A stretch of DNA of 64,000 nucleotides from Candidatus Bathyarchaeota archaeon (GCA_963707955.1 OY970176.1:160001-224000), one strand, 5' to 3'; shown: positions 19,345-29,945, counted from the first letter of the stretch. The notes: a model not told the origin generated them from the sequence alone. Program-made: numbers and translations.

Positions 19345-20034
19345 CTATGGGAGGGTTAAGACCTCGACTTTAGCCTTGTGTCCATCCTTGAGCTTGAGGT
19401 GTTTTCTCAGGGGAATTGGAGCGATGATTTCGAGCACGGAAGCATCGTAGTGGCTTCTGAGCGCTAGGATCAGGGCGCCTTTTGCCTTGTTGTCTATTAT
19501 CACAGGGTAACATTTCACCGGTCCGAACGTTCGGTCTTCACTCTTGAAGCCTTCGATCTCCACAGCGGGGTAAGCTTCAAGTTCGCTTCGAGCCTTGATG
19601 TCATAATCAGTTGTGAGCCTCAGGTTGAGGGTTCCTGGGTAAGGGTCAAACCCCAGTTTCTCGATGAACTGCTTTCTGTACCCTTCTTTTGAGATGTAGT
19701 AGGCTCCTTCGCCGAGGCCGGTGAAAACCGTTCCCTCCAAGGTTATCGACGGTGGGTAGGTTGCCTCCATCAGGAAGCGCAGGGTTGAATAGAGCTTGTT
19801 CAACTCTGTGATGCCTGTCTGCGTGATTTTTATGAGGCAGCCCTCAGGCGTTATGGTCCTGTTGATCCACCCCTTACGGTCAAGCTCGATAAGATATCTC
19901 GACGCTGTCTGCTGAGATATGTTCAGCTTCTGAGCCAAGTACTCAGTTGATATTTTGGCGGTCCTTCGATGAGCTCCCATTTCGGCCAGCTTAAGCAGCG
20001 TGAACACGTGCCGAGAAGAATAGTTTTCAATCAT
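19345..20034 (-). CDS. ribK: CTP-dependent riboflavin kinase with N-terminal HTH (RbkR-like)
   Basis: SQQTASRYL HTH; GLGEGAYY, PYPGTLN, LEIIAP. Confidence 0.92.
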   Translation of the reverse strand: MIENYSSRHVFTLLKLAEMGAHRRTAKISTEYLAQKLNISQQTASRYLIELDRKGWINRTITPEGCLIKITQTGITELNKLYSTLRFLMEATYPPSITLEGTVFTGLGEGAYYISKEGYRKQFIEKLGFDPYPGTLNLRLTTDYDIKARSELEAYPAVEIEGFKSEDRTFGPVKCYPVIIDNKAKGALILALRSHYDASVLEIIAPIPLRKHLKLKDGHKAKVEVLTLP

Positions 20035-20512
20035 CTAGGAGCCCCGGTTCGCGTTTAGTACGAAGTAGACGTTTCCATATTTAAGCGGCTCGAAAGCACC
20101 CGATGAGCGAGTGAAACACGTTTCGGCGGCGCACGAAACAAAGATGGGCCTAACCTTGGTTAAACAAACTGCGCAAGATGAAGATATATCCCGTACAATT
20201 CTATTTTTTCTTGTTCGGCCTTGACGATTGCGTGATTCCCGATGATGGCCGCCACCTTTCTGGTCATGTGCGCGTACGGCCTACCCCTCCGGTCTGACAT
20301 ATGATACAAATATGGTCAGCGTTTACTACGACACCAAACGTGGAAATAGAGCGGAGACCATCCCAAGCGATGGAAACGTCCCGACTTTGGCTGCGGATTC
20401 AATGGCCAATCCTAGGAGGGTTCAGTAAAAGCCATGGGAAGTTTATACATGTTTAAACAGTCCATACAGAATTTTTATTTGAAGCTATTTCATTAAACTT
20501 GATCTCTGGGCG

Positions 20513-21430
20513 TTGAGTATGGAAGAAGCTGCGGCGTTTGCACCCTGCCACATCACCGGGATCTTCCAGATATTTGATCAATCAGCAGACCTTTTGAGCG
20601 CTGGCTCCAAAGGTGCTGGCGTTTCATTGAATTTAGGGGCCAAAACAACCGTTAAAGTCGAAAAAGGTCCTAGACACCGTTTGCACGTGAACATTAACCA
20701 TCAAGCCGCAGACTGTGCGTACCTATCAGAGCGTGTTGTCAGCGCTTTTCTTTCGCGTTTGAGCGAGGCATTTCACTTTGAAATCACAGTCGAACATCAG
20801 ATAGAAGCTCCAATAGGCGCAGGTTTCGGGACGAGTGGAGCTGCAGCGCTAAGTCTTGCCCTTGCCTTGAACGAAGCCCTAGGGTTGGGCATGTCAAAAA
20901 TACAGTCTGCACAAATTGCACACGTCGCTGAAATCGAATGTAAGACTGGGCTTGGAACAGTCATAGCCGAAACGTTCGGCGGGCTTGAAATCAGGATCAA
21001 ACCGGGGGCGCCTGGAATCGGGGAGATCAAGTGCCTTCCAATCTCAGAAAACGCTGTGGTTGCCTGCCATGTTTTCGGACCTCTTTCTACGAGAAAGTAC
21101 CTGACCGACGCCGAAACTCGCTCGCGGATAAACAGGTTTGGCGGGGAGCTAGTGAACGAATTGGTCAAAGCACCAACTATCATCAACTTCTTGAGGCTCT
21201 CTCGCCGGTTCGCTGAACATGTTGGACTGATAACTGAAAAAGTCAGAAACATCTTAAACGCAGCGGACGAAGCTGGCGTAGTGTGCAGTATGCCGATGTT
21301 CGGAGAATGCGCGTTCACAATAACCGATGTGGATAGGCTCGGGCGAATTCTTCAGGTCTTCCGTAAAGATGGCTCAGGTGGTCATACAGTCGTAAGCAAG
21401 GTGGATCATGAAGGAGTGCGACTTCAGTGA
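20513..21430 (+). CDS. pok: Pantoate kinase (GHMP family)
   Basis: FAPCHITG, PIGAGFGTSG, AHVAE...TGLGTV; operon context. Confidence 0.9.
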   Translation: MSMEEAAAFAPCHITGIFQIFDQSADLLSAGSKGAGVSLNLGAKTTVKVEKGPRHRLHVNINHQAADCAYLSERVVSAFLSRLSEAFHFEITVEHQIEAPIGAGFGTSGAAALSLALALNEALGLGMSKIQSAQIAHVAEIECKTGLGTVIAETFGGLEIRIKPGAPGIGEIKCLPISENAVVACHVFGPLSTRKYLTDAETRSRINRFGGELVNELVKAPTIINFLRLSRRFAEHVGLITEKVRNILNAADEAGVVCSMPMFGECAFTITDVDRLGRILQVFRKDGSGGHTVVSKVDHEGVRLQ

Positions 21431-22221
21431 CTGATACTAAGATCCCCGATGATCATCCTAGAGCAAAGTCCTTGTACACACGAGAGAAGCTAATCAATAG
21501 TTATCTCGAAGGAATTGTCGCTGCTTCAGGCCTCATTGCGCATGGCCGTGGAGAAGCTTTCGATTACTTGCTGGGCGAAAAAACCAGCAAACCGGCTCTG
21601 GAAGCCATTGAAGCTGCAGCAGCCATGTTTCTGACAGCAAGAAACCCTGTTATCTCTGTCAACGGGAACACTGCGGCTTTAGTTGCTGAAGAAGTTGTGA
21701 AGCTCGCTAACGTTACAGGATCGAAGATTGAAGTCAACCTCTTCTATAGGTCCCGTGCAAGGGAGCTTGCAATAAGGAAGTTGCTTGAAAAAGCAGGTGC
21801 ACATGAAGTTCTTGGAGTGGGAAAAAACGCGTCTGCAAGAATTCCAGAGTTAAGCAGCGAGAGGCGACGCGTTGATCCAAGGGGGATACTTGCGGCTGAT
21901 GTGGTCATGGTGCCATTGGAAGATGGAGATAGGACGGAAACTCTTGTTAAGATCGGGAAAAAGGTGATAGCAATAGACTTGAACCCTCTTTCTCGGACGG
22001 CGGTAAAAGCGACCATCACGATAGTCGACAACATCGTAAGATCAGCGCCGAAGCTCGTTGAAACTGTTGAGAAGCTGAAAAATCAAGGCGTGGGCAAGTG
22101 TAGAGAAATCTTGAGAAACTTTGACAACAGAAAAAACCTTGCCAAATCCATAATTCTGATCAAAGAAAACCTCTCAAAGTTCGTAGCAGAAGGGGTTACT
22201 GAGCGGGGGCGAGCAATGTGA
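21427..22221 (+). CDS. pps: 4-phosphopantoate--beta-alanine ligase
   Basis: GLIAHGRGEAFDYL, ISVNGN, VPLEDGDR, DLNPLSRT. Confidence 0.95.
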   Translation: MTDTKIPDDHPRAKSLYTREKLINSYLEGIVAASGLIAHGRGEAFDYLLGEKTSKPALEAIEAAAAMFLTARNPVISVNGNTAALVAEEVVKLANVTGSKIEVNLFYRSRARELAIRKLLEKAGAHEVLGVGKNASARIPELSSERRRVDPRGILAADVVMVPLEDGDRTETLVKIGKKVIAIDLNPLSRTAVKATITIVDNIVRSAPKLVETVEKLKNQGVGKCREILRNFDNRKNLAKSIILIKENLSKFVAEGVTERGRAM

Positions 22222-23126
22222 CATTCAACAAGATTTTCATCCTAGGCGCTGGTGGCATAGGAAGTGTCATCGGCGCTCTGCTATCAAAAAAGAATGATGC
22301 AACTCTAATTGGAAACAAGGCACACGTAGACGCCGTAAAATCAAAGGGTTTGTTAGTCGCAAGTAACATTAATGAAACTTTTCGCTTAGGGGCTGACACG
22401 CAAATTCGAGAAATACCTCAGGGAACTCTGATTTTCCTGACCACAAAGGCTTATGACTCGAAAAAGGCGGTGGAAGGAATAAGTAGACTTCTCAGGAAAG
22501 ACACGGCCATTCTGGTTCTGCAGAATGGTCTTGAAAACGAAGAGATTGTCAAACGCGCTGTCGGCTACAAAGCCAAGGTTTTAAGAGGAATAACAAACAT
22601 GGCAGCAGAGTTCTTCAAAGCAGGAGAGATAAAGTATTGGACAGGTGAAACAACGATCGAACACGATGGTGTGGCGGAGGAAATCGCAGCCATAATGAAT
22701 AACTCCGGTCTCAAGGCAAGCGTTTCCAACAACATCAAAAACGAAGCATGGAGCAAGGTCGTCCTCAACAGCGTGATAAACCCGCTGACCGCAATCTTTC
22801 GCGTTAAAAATCGCGAAATCTCCACGCAACCTCTGGCAGAAGTTAGGCATCAGATTATCCGAGAATGCGTCCAAGTTGGAAATTCTGAAGGCGTAACCTT
22901 TCCGAAGGATTTAGAAAAAGGAATCGGCAAAGAGATCATCAGCTACACAAATTACTCTTCGATGTGCCAAGACATAATGAGGGGAAAGAGAACAGAAATT
23001 GACTTCCTCAACGGAAAAATAGTTGAGCTCGGTGCAAGACACAGTATTCCAACACCAGTGAACGAAACCCTCGTCCATCTGATAAAATTTCTGGAGGAAA
23101 AAGGTGAACTTCCAAGAAAAAATTAA
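22218..23126 (+). CDS. panE: Ketopantoate reductase
   Basis: GAGGIG, TKAYD, LQNGL, SSMCQD, TEIDFLNG. Confidence 0.93.
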   Translation: MTFNKIFILGAGGIGSVIGALLSKKNDATLIGNKAHVDAVKSKGLLVASNINETFRLGADTQIREIPQGTLIFLTTKAYDSKKAVEGISRLLRKDTAILVLQNGLENEEIVKRAVGYKAKVLRGITNMAAEFFKAGEIKYWTGETTIEHDGVAEEIAAIMNNSGLKASVSNNIKNEAWSKVVLNSVINPLTAIFRVKNREISTQPLAEVRHQIIRECVQVGNSEGVTFPKDLEKGIGKEIISYTNYSSMCQDIMRGKRTEIDFLNGKIVELGARHSIPTPVNETLVHLIKFLEEKGELPRKN

Positions 23127-23874
23127 GCAAAAGAAAGGCAGAGAAAAAATCACAATGTTGACGGCCTACGACTTTCAGATGGGCAGGATACTGGATCACA
23201 CTGACGTCGACTTGATTCTTGTAGGCGACAGTTCAGGCATGGTAGTGCAGGGTTATAGCGACACCAAGAGCGTGACGATGGCAGACATGATTTTTCACGT
23301 GAAGGCAGTGGCAAGAGGAGTCAAATCCAAGCCGATAATCGGAGACATGCCGATCAACAGTTGCAACGCCGTACAAGACTGCCTAAAGAACGCCAGACAA
23401 TTTCTGGAAGCAGGAGCGCACGGAGTCAAAATCGAAGGAAAGAAAACAGATGCCATAAGAGCCTTGATAAGCAGCGGAATTCCCGTGATGGGTCACGTCG
23501 GAATGCTCCCTCAAATGGCAGAAGCCTACCACGTTAAAGGAAAAAATCCTGAAGAAGCCGCACAGATTTTGCAGGACGCTCAGGCTCTGGATAGACTCGG
23601 CGTGTTTTCCATAGTGCTAGAATGCATTCCTCAAAGTCTGGCAAAAACGATAACCGAATCCGTAACTGTTCCCACGATAGGCATCGGAGCCGGAAAACAC
23701 TGTGACGGGCAGGTCTTGGTTGTAAATGATATGCTTGGTTTCGACGAGATCTTCAAACCGAAATATGTAAAGGCGTATGCAAATCTGAATAAGACGATAA
23801 CGAAAGCTGTGGCGAAGTTCATCAAAGAAGTCTCCACGGGCAAATACCCGGACGAGGAACACACCTACCATTAG
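23104..23874 (+). CDS. panB: 3-methyl-2-oxobutanoate hydroxymethyltransferase
   Basis: MLTAYD, LVGDS, VKIEG, PTIGIGAG...DGQVLV. Confidence 0.96.
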   Translation: MNFQEKIKQKKGREKITMLTAYDFQMGRILDHTDVDLILVGDSSGMVVQGYSDTKSVTMADMIFHVKAVARGVKSKPIIGDMPINSCNAVQDCLKNARQFLEAGAHGVKIEGKKTDAIRALISSGIPVMGHVGMLPQMAEAYHVKGKNPEEAAQILQDAQALDRLGVFSIVLECIPQSLAKTITESVTVPTIGIGAGKHCDGQVLVVNDMLGFDEIFKPKYVKAYANLNKTITKAVAKFIKEVSTGKYPDEEHTYH

Positions 23875-23895
23875 GCTACATGGCGGTCGTGAAGA

Positions 23896-25059
23896 ATGAA
23901 TGCCAAAGGCTTGCCTGAAAAAACACTCATGGAAGACCTTGAGTCAAGGCTGCAAGAAGATTTCACGTACAATTCTGGAAGAATCATCGGTTCAATGTGC
24001 ACTAGCCCGCATCCACTAGCCAGAAGAGTATACGCTCGTTTTCTCGAGAAGAACCTGGGAGACTCCGGACTTTTCCCTGCTGTGGCAGAAATAGAAAGAG
24101 AAACAATTAGCATGCTCGGCACTCTTCTATCGAATCCAGAAGCATCAGGGCAAATAGTTACAGGGGGAACAGAAGCAAACGTTCTCGCACTATGGACCGC
24201 CAAGAAGCTTGCGAAGAAAACCAGCTGTGAAGTGGTAGTGCCCGCATCAGCCCACTGCTCCTTCGACAAAGCCGCAGATCTGCTAGGATTGAAACTTGTC
24301 AAGGCAAGGTTGAACAGCAAGTTCCAAGTTGATGTGGGAGCCGTCAAAAAAGCAATAAATCAGAGAACTATAGCGATCGTGGGCATAGCCGGCTCAACGG
24401 GGCTAGGTGCAGTCGATCCGATAGACGAGCTCTCCGAACTCGCCTTGGAAAAGAACCTGTACTTCCACGTGGACGCCGCTTTCGGAGGGTTCGTGCTTCC
24501 GTTTTTGAAAGACTTAGGATATAACGTGCAGAATTTTGACTTTGCAGTCCCCGGAGTCCTTTCCATGACAATTGACCCTCACAAGATGGGGTTAGCTGCA
24601 ATCCCGGCTGGCGGGTTATTGTTCCGTAACGAAAACCTTAGAAAAAAAGTGGCATGGGACATCGCTTATCTATCGGGCGGAGAAACCGAACAAGCGACAC
24701 TTGTCGGAACACGTTCAGGCGCCTCAGCCATCGCTGTCTGGACCGTGATGAAACACTTTGGAAGAGAAGGCTATAAAAAAATCGTTGGAAAGTGCATGCG
24801 GCTAACGCTGCGGCTTGCGAAAGATATTCCGAAGATTAAGGGGTTGAACGTTGCAATGGAGCCGACAATGAACATTGTTGGATTGACATCGGACGTGTTC
24901 GATATCCGTAGTATAGCTGAGGAATTGAGGCTTAGAAAATGGGCCATCTCTCTCTTTCCGCGCCACATTCGAATCGTCATAATGCCTCACGTTCAGGAGC
25001 GGCACGTTGAGGATTTGCTGCAAGATTTAAACAAGATAGTCAAACAATTAAAAGGGTAG
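23896..25059 (+). CDS. mfnA: PLP-dependent tyrosine/aspartate decarboxylase
   Basis: GSMCT, NLGDSGLF, GGTEAN, HVDAAFGG, IDPHK. Confidence 0.92.
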   Translation: MNAKGLPEKTLMEDLESRLQEDFTYNSGRIIGSMCTSPHPLARRVYARFLEKNLGDSGLFPAVAEIERETISMLGTLLSNPEASGQIVTGGTEANVLALWTAKKLAKKTSCEVVVPASAHCSFDKAADLLGLKLVKARLNSKFQVDVGAVKKAINQRTIAIVGIAGSTGLGAVDPIDELSELALEKNLYFHVDAAFGGFVLPFLKDLGYNVQNFDFAVPGVLSMTIDPHKMGLAAIPAGGLLFRNENLRKKVAWDIAYLSGGETEQATLVGTRSGASAIAVWTVMKHFGREGYKKIVGKCMRLTLRLAKDIPKIKGLNVAMEPTMNIVGLTSDVFDIRSIAEELRLRKWAISLFPRHIRIVIMPHVQERHVEDLLQDLNKIVKQLKG

Positions 25060-25060
25060 G

Positions 25061-26329
25061 TTGGAGGGATCAATTACGTCAACGCATCCGTCGAAGCAAA
25101 TTATTGGAACTCAAGGCAGTGAGCTGAGGGCAAAGCGTATAGTTCTATGTGTAACCGGCAGCGTGGCGGCTGTTCAGAGTCCAGAGATTGCACGTGCCAT
25201 CATGCGACACGGCGCCGAAGTGTTCGCTGTGATGTCGCCGATGGCCAAGAAAATTGTTCACCCTTATCTGATGGAATGGGCGACGGGGAACGAGGTGATA
25301 ACAGAGCTGACTGGCAAAATTGAGCACGTGGCCTTGGTCGGAGAGCACTCCTTGAGGGTAGACCTTGTTCTGGTGGCGCCTGCCACAGCAAACACCATAA
25401 GCAAGATCGCCTGCGGAATTGATGACACCACGGTCACATCCGTCGTCTCAACCGCCTTCGGTTCAAACTGTCCAATAATCATTGTTCCAGCGATGCATGA
25501 ATCCATGTACAACCATCCGATATTGACTAAGAACGTTAAAGAACTCAAAGCTCTGGGAGTAGAATTTGCAGGTCCAAGATTCGAGGAGGGGAAGGCAAAA
25601 ATCGCTAAAACCGAAGAAATCGTTGACGTGGTCATCCGTAGACTCACGGTCAGACAGGATTTCTCGGGTCTGAATGTGTTGATCACGGCGGGCGCAACCC
25701 TGGAGCACATAGACCCAGTTCGCGTCATCACGAACAAAAGCTCTGGAAAAATGGGTGTTGCAATAGCAGAGGAAGCCTTGAGCCGGGGAGCAGAGGTGAC
25801 ACTCGTCTACGGTTCAGGTACAGAAGCTCCTCCTTCAAGAGCTCATGTGCTCAGAGTTGAGTCAACACGGCAGATGCATGAGGCGGTCGTTTCTGAACTG
25901 AATTCTAGGAAGTATGATTTGGTTATAGCTGTTGCTGCGGCTGCTGATTGGGCGCTTGAGAAACCGTTTTCGTACAAGGTTTCGTCGCACGAGTTGCGTT
26001 CGCTTGATTTGAAGCTTAAGCCCACAGCGAAGATCATAGACAGCGTGAAAAAGGTAAGTCCCCGAACTTTTCTCGTAGCATTCCGCGCTGAATACAGGCT
26101 GCCCAAGAAGAGGTTGATTGAGAGCGCGTACGAGAGACTACTGAAAGCCAATGCAGATATTATCGTCGTTAACGACGTGGGAAAGAAGGGGGTTGGCTTC
26201 GCAACCGATACGAACGAGGTTTTCATAATTGACAAGGAGAAGAGCATAGTGCATGTGCCGCTGGCCAAGAAGCGAGAAGTTGCAAGGAAGATACTCGATG
26301 TTACGATTGACAGGATGAAACCAAAATAG
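25061..26329 (+). CDS. coaBC: Bifunctional PPC decarboxylase/PPC synthetase
   Basis: TGSVAA, APATANT, PAMHESM, IDPVRVITNKSSGKMG. Confidence 0.96.
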   Translation: MEGSITSTHPSKQIIGTQGSELRAKRIVLCVTGSVAAVQSPEIARAIMRHGAEVFAVMSPMAKKIVHPYLMEWATGNEVITELTGKIEHVALVGEHSLRVDLVLVAPATANTISKIACGIDDTTVTSVVSTAFGSNCPIIIVPAMHESMYNHPILTKNVKELKALGVEFAGPRFEEGKAKIAKTEEIVDVVIRRLTVRQDFSGLNVLITAGATLEHIDPVRVITNKSSGKMGVAIAEEALSRGAEVTLVYGSGTEAPPSRAHVLRVESTRQMHEAVVSELNSRKYDLVIAVAAAADWALEKPFSYKVSSHELRSLDLKLKPTAKIIDSVKKVSPRTFLVAFRAEYRLPKKRLIESAYERLLKANADIIVVNDVGKKGVGFATDTNEVFIIDKEKSIVHVPLAKKREVARKILDVTIDRMKPK

Positions 26330-26357
26330 TCTTAATAACAGTTCAGACGCGTTAAAC

Positions 26358-26855
26358 GTGAAATCGATGCAGAAAAGGTTCAGAACTGTCGGTCTTGGCG
26401 GTACTTTCGACGAGTTTCACAAGGGACACAGAGCATTGCTCATAAAAGCTTTTGAAATAGGCGAAAACGTGATGATCGGCGTCTCTTCAGACGAATTTGT
26501 ACGGAAAATGGACAAGTCTCACCAGACAGCGTCTTACGAGGAGCGCACGAAAGAGCTGAGAGATTTCCTAAGACAGCAGGGAGTACTGCAGAGAGCGGAA
26601 ATAATTCCGATAGATGATGCTTATGGCGGTGTGCTGCTCTCTAAAGATCCTATCGAAGCATTAGTCGTCAGCAGGGAGACGGAGCCCGTCGCTCTTAAAA
26701 TCAACCAAAAGAGAAAAGAAATCGGAATAGGTCCACTTGAAATAATTGTGATTGACATGGTTCCCTCCCAAAATCACGCGGCAATCTCGACAACACGGAT
26801 TCGCACGGGCGAGATTGACCGAGAAGGTCACATTCTGAAGAAGAAAGGAAAATGA
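26358..26855 (+). CDS. coaD: Archaeal phosphopantetheine adenylyltransferase
   Basis: GGTFDEFHKGH, LVVSRET, ISTTRIR. Confidence 0.92.
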   Translation: MKSMQKRFRTVGLGGTFDEFHKGHRALLIKAFEIGENVMIGVSSDEFVRKMDKSHQTASYEERTKELRDFLRQQGVLQRAEIIPIDDAYGGVLLSKDPIEALVVSRETEPVALKINQKRKEIGIGPLEIIVIDMVPSQNHAAISTTRIRTGEIDREGHILKKKGK

Positions 26856-26864
26856 TTAAACCAT

Positions 26865-28022
26865 TTGTTGAGCACTTGTATTAAGAGCGGTGTTCCGGTG
26901 CAGAGAACAGGGATTGCTAAGCTTCCACTTCATTACGGAAAAGCACCGATGTACCTCATCGTTCGAATGAGAAAACTCGCCAAAGAAATGGTCACGATCA
27001 TCGTCGACGAGTATGGTTCAGACGAGTTTTTGAGGCGGATCTCTGACCCTTTCTGGTTTCAGGCCTTAGGCTGTGTTCTAGGATATGACTGGCACTCGTC
27101 AGGAGTGACCACCGTTGTCACGGCGATCCTGAAACAGGTGATTATTCCTGAGGAGCACGGGGTCGCGGTCTGCGGCGGGAAGGGCAAGTTCTCCCGTCTG
27201 GCGCCTGAGGAGATCCAAACTGTTGGAGAGAAGTTTGGCTTTCCAACTGAAAGCATCGAGAGTCTGCGTTATGCAAGCAGGATGAGCGCAAAGGTTGACA
27301 ACACTGCGATCCAAGCGGGCTATCAGCTCTATCATCATGCGTTCTTCGTTGCGGAGAACCGGAAATGGGCAGTTGTCCAACAAGGCATGTGCGCACAAGA
27401 TCGAACCGCAAGACGCTATCACTGGCTCTCCGAGAAACTGGAAGAGTTCGTCGTCGAACCTCACAGCGCAATCGTCGGCGACACGAAACGCCAGTGCGTG
27501 TTGGACATGACCGCTCGAGAAAGTGAAGGAAGCAGGAAAGCTTCCGTAGACGTGGCCAAGGAACCCACCAGGAAGCTCATGCGACTGGTCGTGTCTGTGA
27601 GGCCTTATCTTCAAAAATCGCTGAGTGAATGGTTGCCAGCAACGGCAGATGCCAGATGGAACAAAGACCTGCCGGATGTTCTGTGCATGCCATGGAACAC
27701 AAACTGGAGAACGATGAAGCAAGTCTACGAGTTTCAACCCAGCAACTACGAGGAGCTGCTTGGCTTCAAGGGTGTCGGACCGGCTACGGTTAGAGGACTT
27801 GCGTTGATTGCAGAACTGCTTTATGGCGAAAAGCCAAGCTGGAAAGACCCTGTCAAGTACTCCTTCGCGTACGGAGGAAAGGACGGCGTGCCCTACGCTG
27901 TTAACCGCGGGGCAATGGACGAGTCCATCCAAATCCTGAGACAATCAGTTCAAGAGGCAAGGATTGGCAACGCGGAGAAATTACGGTGTTTGCAGAGGCT
28001 TAGACGATTTGTTTCCGTCTGA
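26865..28022 (+). CDS. DUF763 family protein
   Basis: LPLHYGKAP, DWHSSGVTT, YSFAYGGKDGVP; HhH-like GVGPATV. Confidence 0.88.
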   Translation: MLSTCIKSGVPVQRTGIAKLPLHYGKAPMYLIVRMRKLAKEMVTIIVDEYGSDEFLRRISDPFWFQALGCVLGYDWHSSGVTTVVTAILKQVIIPEEHGVAVCGGKGKFSRLAPEEIQTVGEKFGFPTESIESLRYASRMSAKVDNTAIQAGYQLYHHAFFVAENRKWAVVQQGMCAQDRTARRYHWLSEKLEEFVVEPHSAIVGDTKRQCVLDMTARESEGSRKASVDVAKEPTRKLMRLVVSVRPYLQKSLSEWLPATADARWNKDLPDVLCMPWNTNWRTMKQVYEFQPSNYEELLGFKGVGPATVRGLALIAELLYGEKPSWKDPVKYSFAYGGKDGVPYAVNRGAMDESIQILRQSVQEARIGNAEKLRCLQRLRRFVSV

Positions 28023-28127
28023 TCCGACTGAGACACATAAGCTCATATCTTTCAAAAACAGTCAGTGGCGATAAGATAAACCGAGGAGGACAACGTCACG
28101 AATTCAAAAGGCAGTAATTGGCAGAGA

Positions 28128-28706
28128 ATGTTTGGCTTTTGTGGCATCCTCACGCCGCTAGTTGCGTTCACTTGCACGTTGCTTGCAGTCGCCTTGTCCC
28201 CTCACTTCAGCTGGGCTGACAATGCTCTCAGCGACTTGGGCGTCATTGCAGGTTCCCCGTCGATCCTGTTCAATTCAGGCCTGATGGTCAGCGGAGCACT
28301 GGCACTGTTGTTCGCTCTAGGACTGTTGGTCTTTTTCAAGAAATCCCTGCCAGGCCGTGTTGGCGCTCTCCTCTTCTCCTTCGATTCCGTAGCCCTGATC
28401 GCCATAGGGGTTTTTTCTGAGAATGCGAGGCCAATGCATCTTTATGCCTCCGTGGCTTTCTTTGTGCTCGCGCCTGTTTCCATGTTGTTTCTGACGGCGT
28501 CTTTTCTTCTGGCATCCAAGGTAGCTAAGGGGCTACTTACTCTCGGGGCTGCCATGTTTGCAGCGGCTGTGTGGATCGCAGAGTTCCTGTGGCGGTATGT
28601 TCCTGGTGTTGCTATTCCGGAGGCACTGTCTGCGCTTTCAGCATCACTTTGGGTTGTGATCATTGGTTTCGACATGGTAAGAGGCATTTCGGGTTCCAGT
28701 GACTAA
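28128..28706 (+). CDS. DUF998-like membrane protein
   Basis: NALSDLG, FNSGL, GVFSE...H, AIPE. Confidence 0.8.
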   Translation: MFGFCGILTPLVAFTCTLLAVALSPHFSWADNALSDLGVIAGSPSILFNSGLMVSGALALLFALGLLVFFKKSLPGRVGALLFSFDSVALIAIGVFSENARPMHLYASVAFFVLAPVSMLFLTASFLLASKVAKGLLTLGAAMFAAAVWIAEFLWRYVPGVAIPEALSALSASLWVVIIGFDMVRGISGSSD

Positions 28707-28807
28707 CCAATTGTTCGGTTACCCTGTGACAGAACCCACAGGTCATGCACTTCGAACGTGTTCGAAGCCTATGGTCAGGTTGTGCCAGTTGGCGCGCGCG
28801 CTAAGAG

Positions 28808-29500
28808 CTAGAGTTTCCTGAGAAATCTAACTGCAGAGTTGTTCAAGACTAGCAATCTCAACTTGAAATATCCCAAGATTAATCTTGGAGTGAAGCTCCT
28901 CAGCCTGACTCTTGTTATGGACGACTTGAAGCCTCTTTCAACAATATTTGACATCTTCCCCATGTCAAACAGAACACAGTCGATTCCATCGCTCATGACA
29001 AGATAACCTGAGCCTGTTCCCATGATCAACCCACTGTCAGCCAATTCTCCCAACCTTGAACGACCAATTGCAGTATCAAGTCTCTCTAGAAATCTCATAT
29101 CAACATTCCATCTGATTCCTTTCAGTAATGGAGAGAACAACTCTATTACCGCTTTGGCAGGTATGAAATCGACTTCAAGGTCTGCCCACTTTGGATCGTC
29201 AGTCTTGACAATTTGAAAGATGGATCTCCAATTACGTCTCATTTCCTGAAATACCCTTCCCATGAGAAACTGCCAATCAAACTCTATCTCTATCAATGCG
29301 AGATGCTTGTGCGTATCTTCGAAAGTCTCATGGAAGTCAATCAGTGATCCACGAATGAAGAGTGAATAGTGGACATTCTTGTGGGCAAGATCTTTGAACA
29401 GCATGAGGTTCTTTCTCATAGAAAGAAACAGAACATCAGCTAGTTTGATCTCCATAGGCTTTGGAAATTGAATTGCGTTGTCTTTCTTTGGACTAGACAA
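28808..29500 (-). CDS. Hypothetical protein
   Basis: 230-aa ORF in a co-oriented islet. Confidence 0.65.
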   Translation of the reverse strand: MSSPKKDNAIQFPKPMEIKLADVLFLSMRKNLMLFKDLAHKNVHYSLFIRGSLIDFHETFEDTHKHLALIEIEFDWQFLMGRVFQEMRRNWRSIFQIVKTDDPKWADLEVDFIPAKAVIELFSPLLKGIRWNVDMRFLERLDTAIGRSRLGELADSGLIMGTGSGYLVMSDGIDCVLFDMGKMSNIVERGFKSSITRVRLRSFTPRLILGYFKLRLLVLNNSAVRFLRKL

Positions 29501-29558
29501 TTTTTGAGATCCTCTCCCTGTCAGCTTCCTTCTACAGAGTTGTCTGCCAAGACAATCT

Positions 29559-29945
29559 CTACTTCAGAAGATCGATTGTTCTCTTCATAGCAGCAATAGT
29601 TTCCTTGTATTTTGTTCTGTTAGCGTCAGGCGAATTTGAAGGGAACCGCAATCCATCAATCTTAATGTAAGTCTCCAAAACAGCTCTGAAGGCTTTGGCG
29701 TCAAGCTTTCTGATGAGGTCTTGCTTGAGAGCTATAAATCCTTCTGTAAAGAAGGCTCTGCTTTGAAAGGCTTCTTTCTCCAAATCTTCTGTAGCTTCTT
29801 TGAGGATGATTTCAAGCTCCTCTCTTATCCTGTCCTTCAGCTCCTTCTCCTCTCTATCTTCCTTCCACCTGTCAAAGCCTATTGAGCTGAGAAAACCTAT
29901 GACCGCACCAACAATCACCGAGATCAAAGTGTCAACTGCAGACAT
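29559..29945 (-). CDS. Hypothetical protein, N-terminal TM plus helical domain
   Basis: GAGGT SD upstream of ATG 29945; hydrophobic N-terminus. Confidence 0.7.
   Translation of the reverse strand: MSAVDTLISVIVGAVIGFLSSIGFDRWKEDREEKELKDRIREELEIILKEATEDLEKEAFQSRAFFTEGFIALKQDLIRKLDAKAFRAVLETYIKIDGLRFPSNSPDANRTKYKETIAAMKRTIDLLK

Noticed and set aside
20098-20140. Hammerhead-like CCGATGAG...CGAAAC
   Set aside because: Core is CCGA rather than CTGA, and I could not build stems I-III; GTTTCG/CGAAAC simply forms a hairpin.
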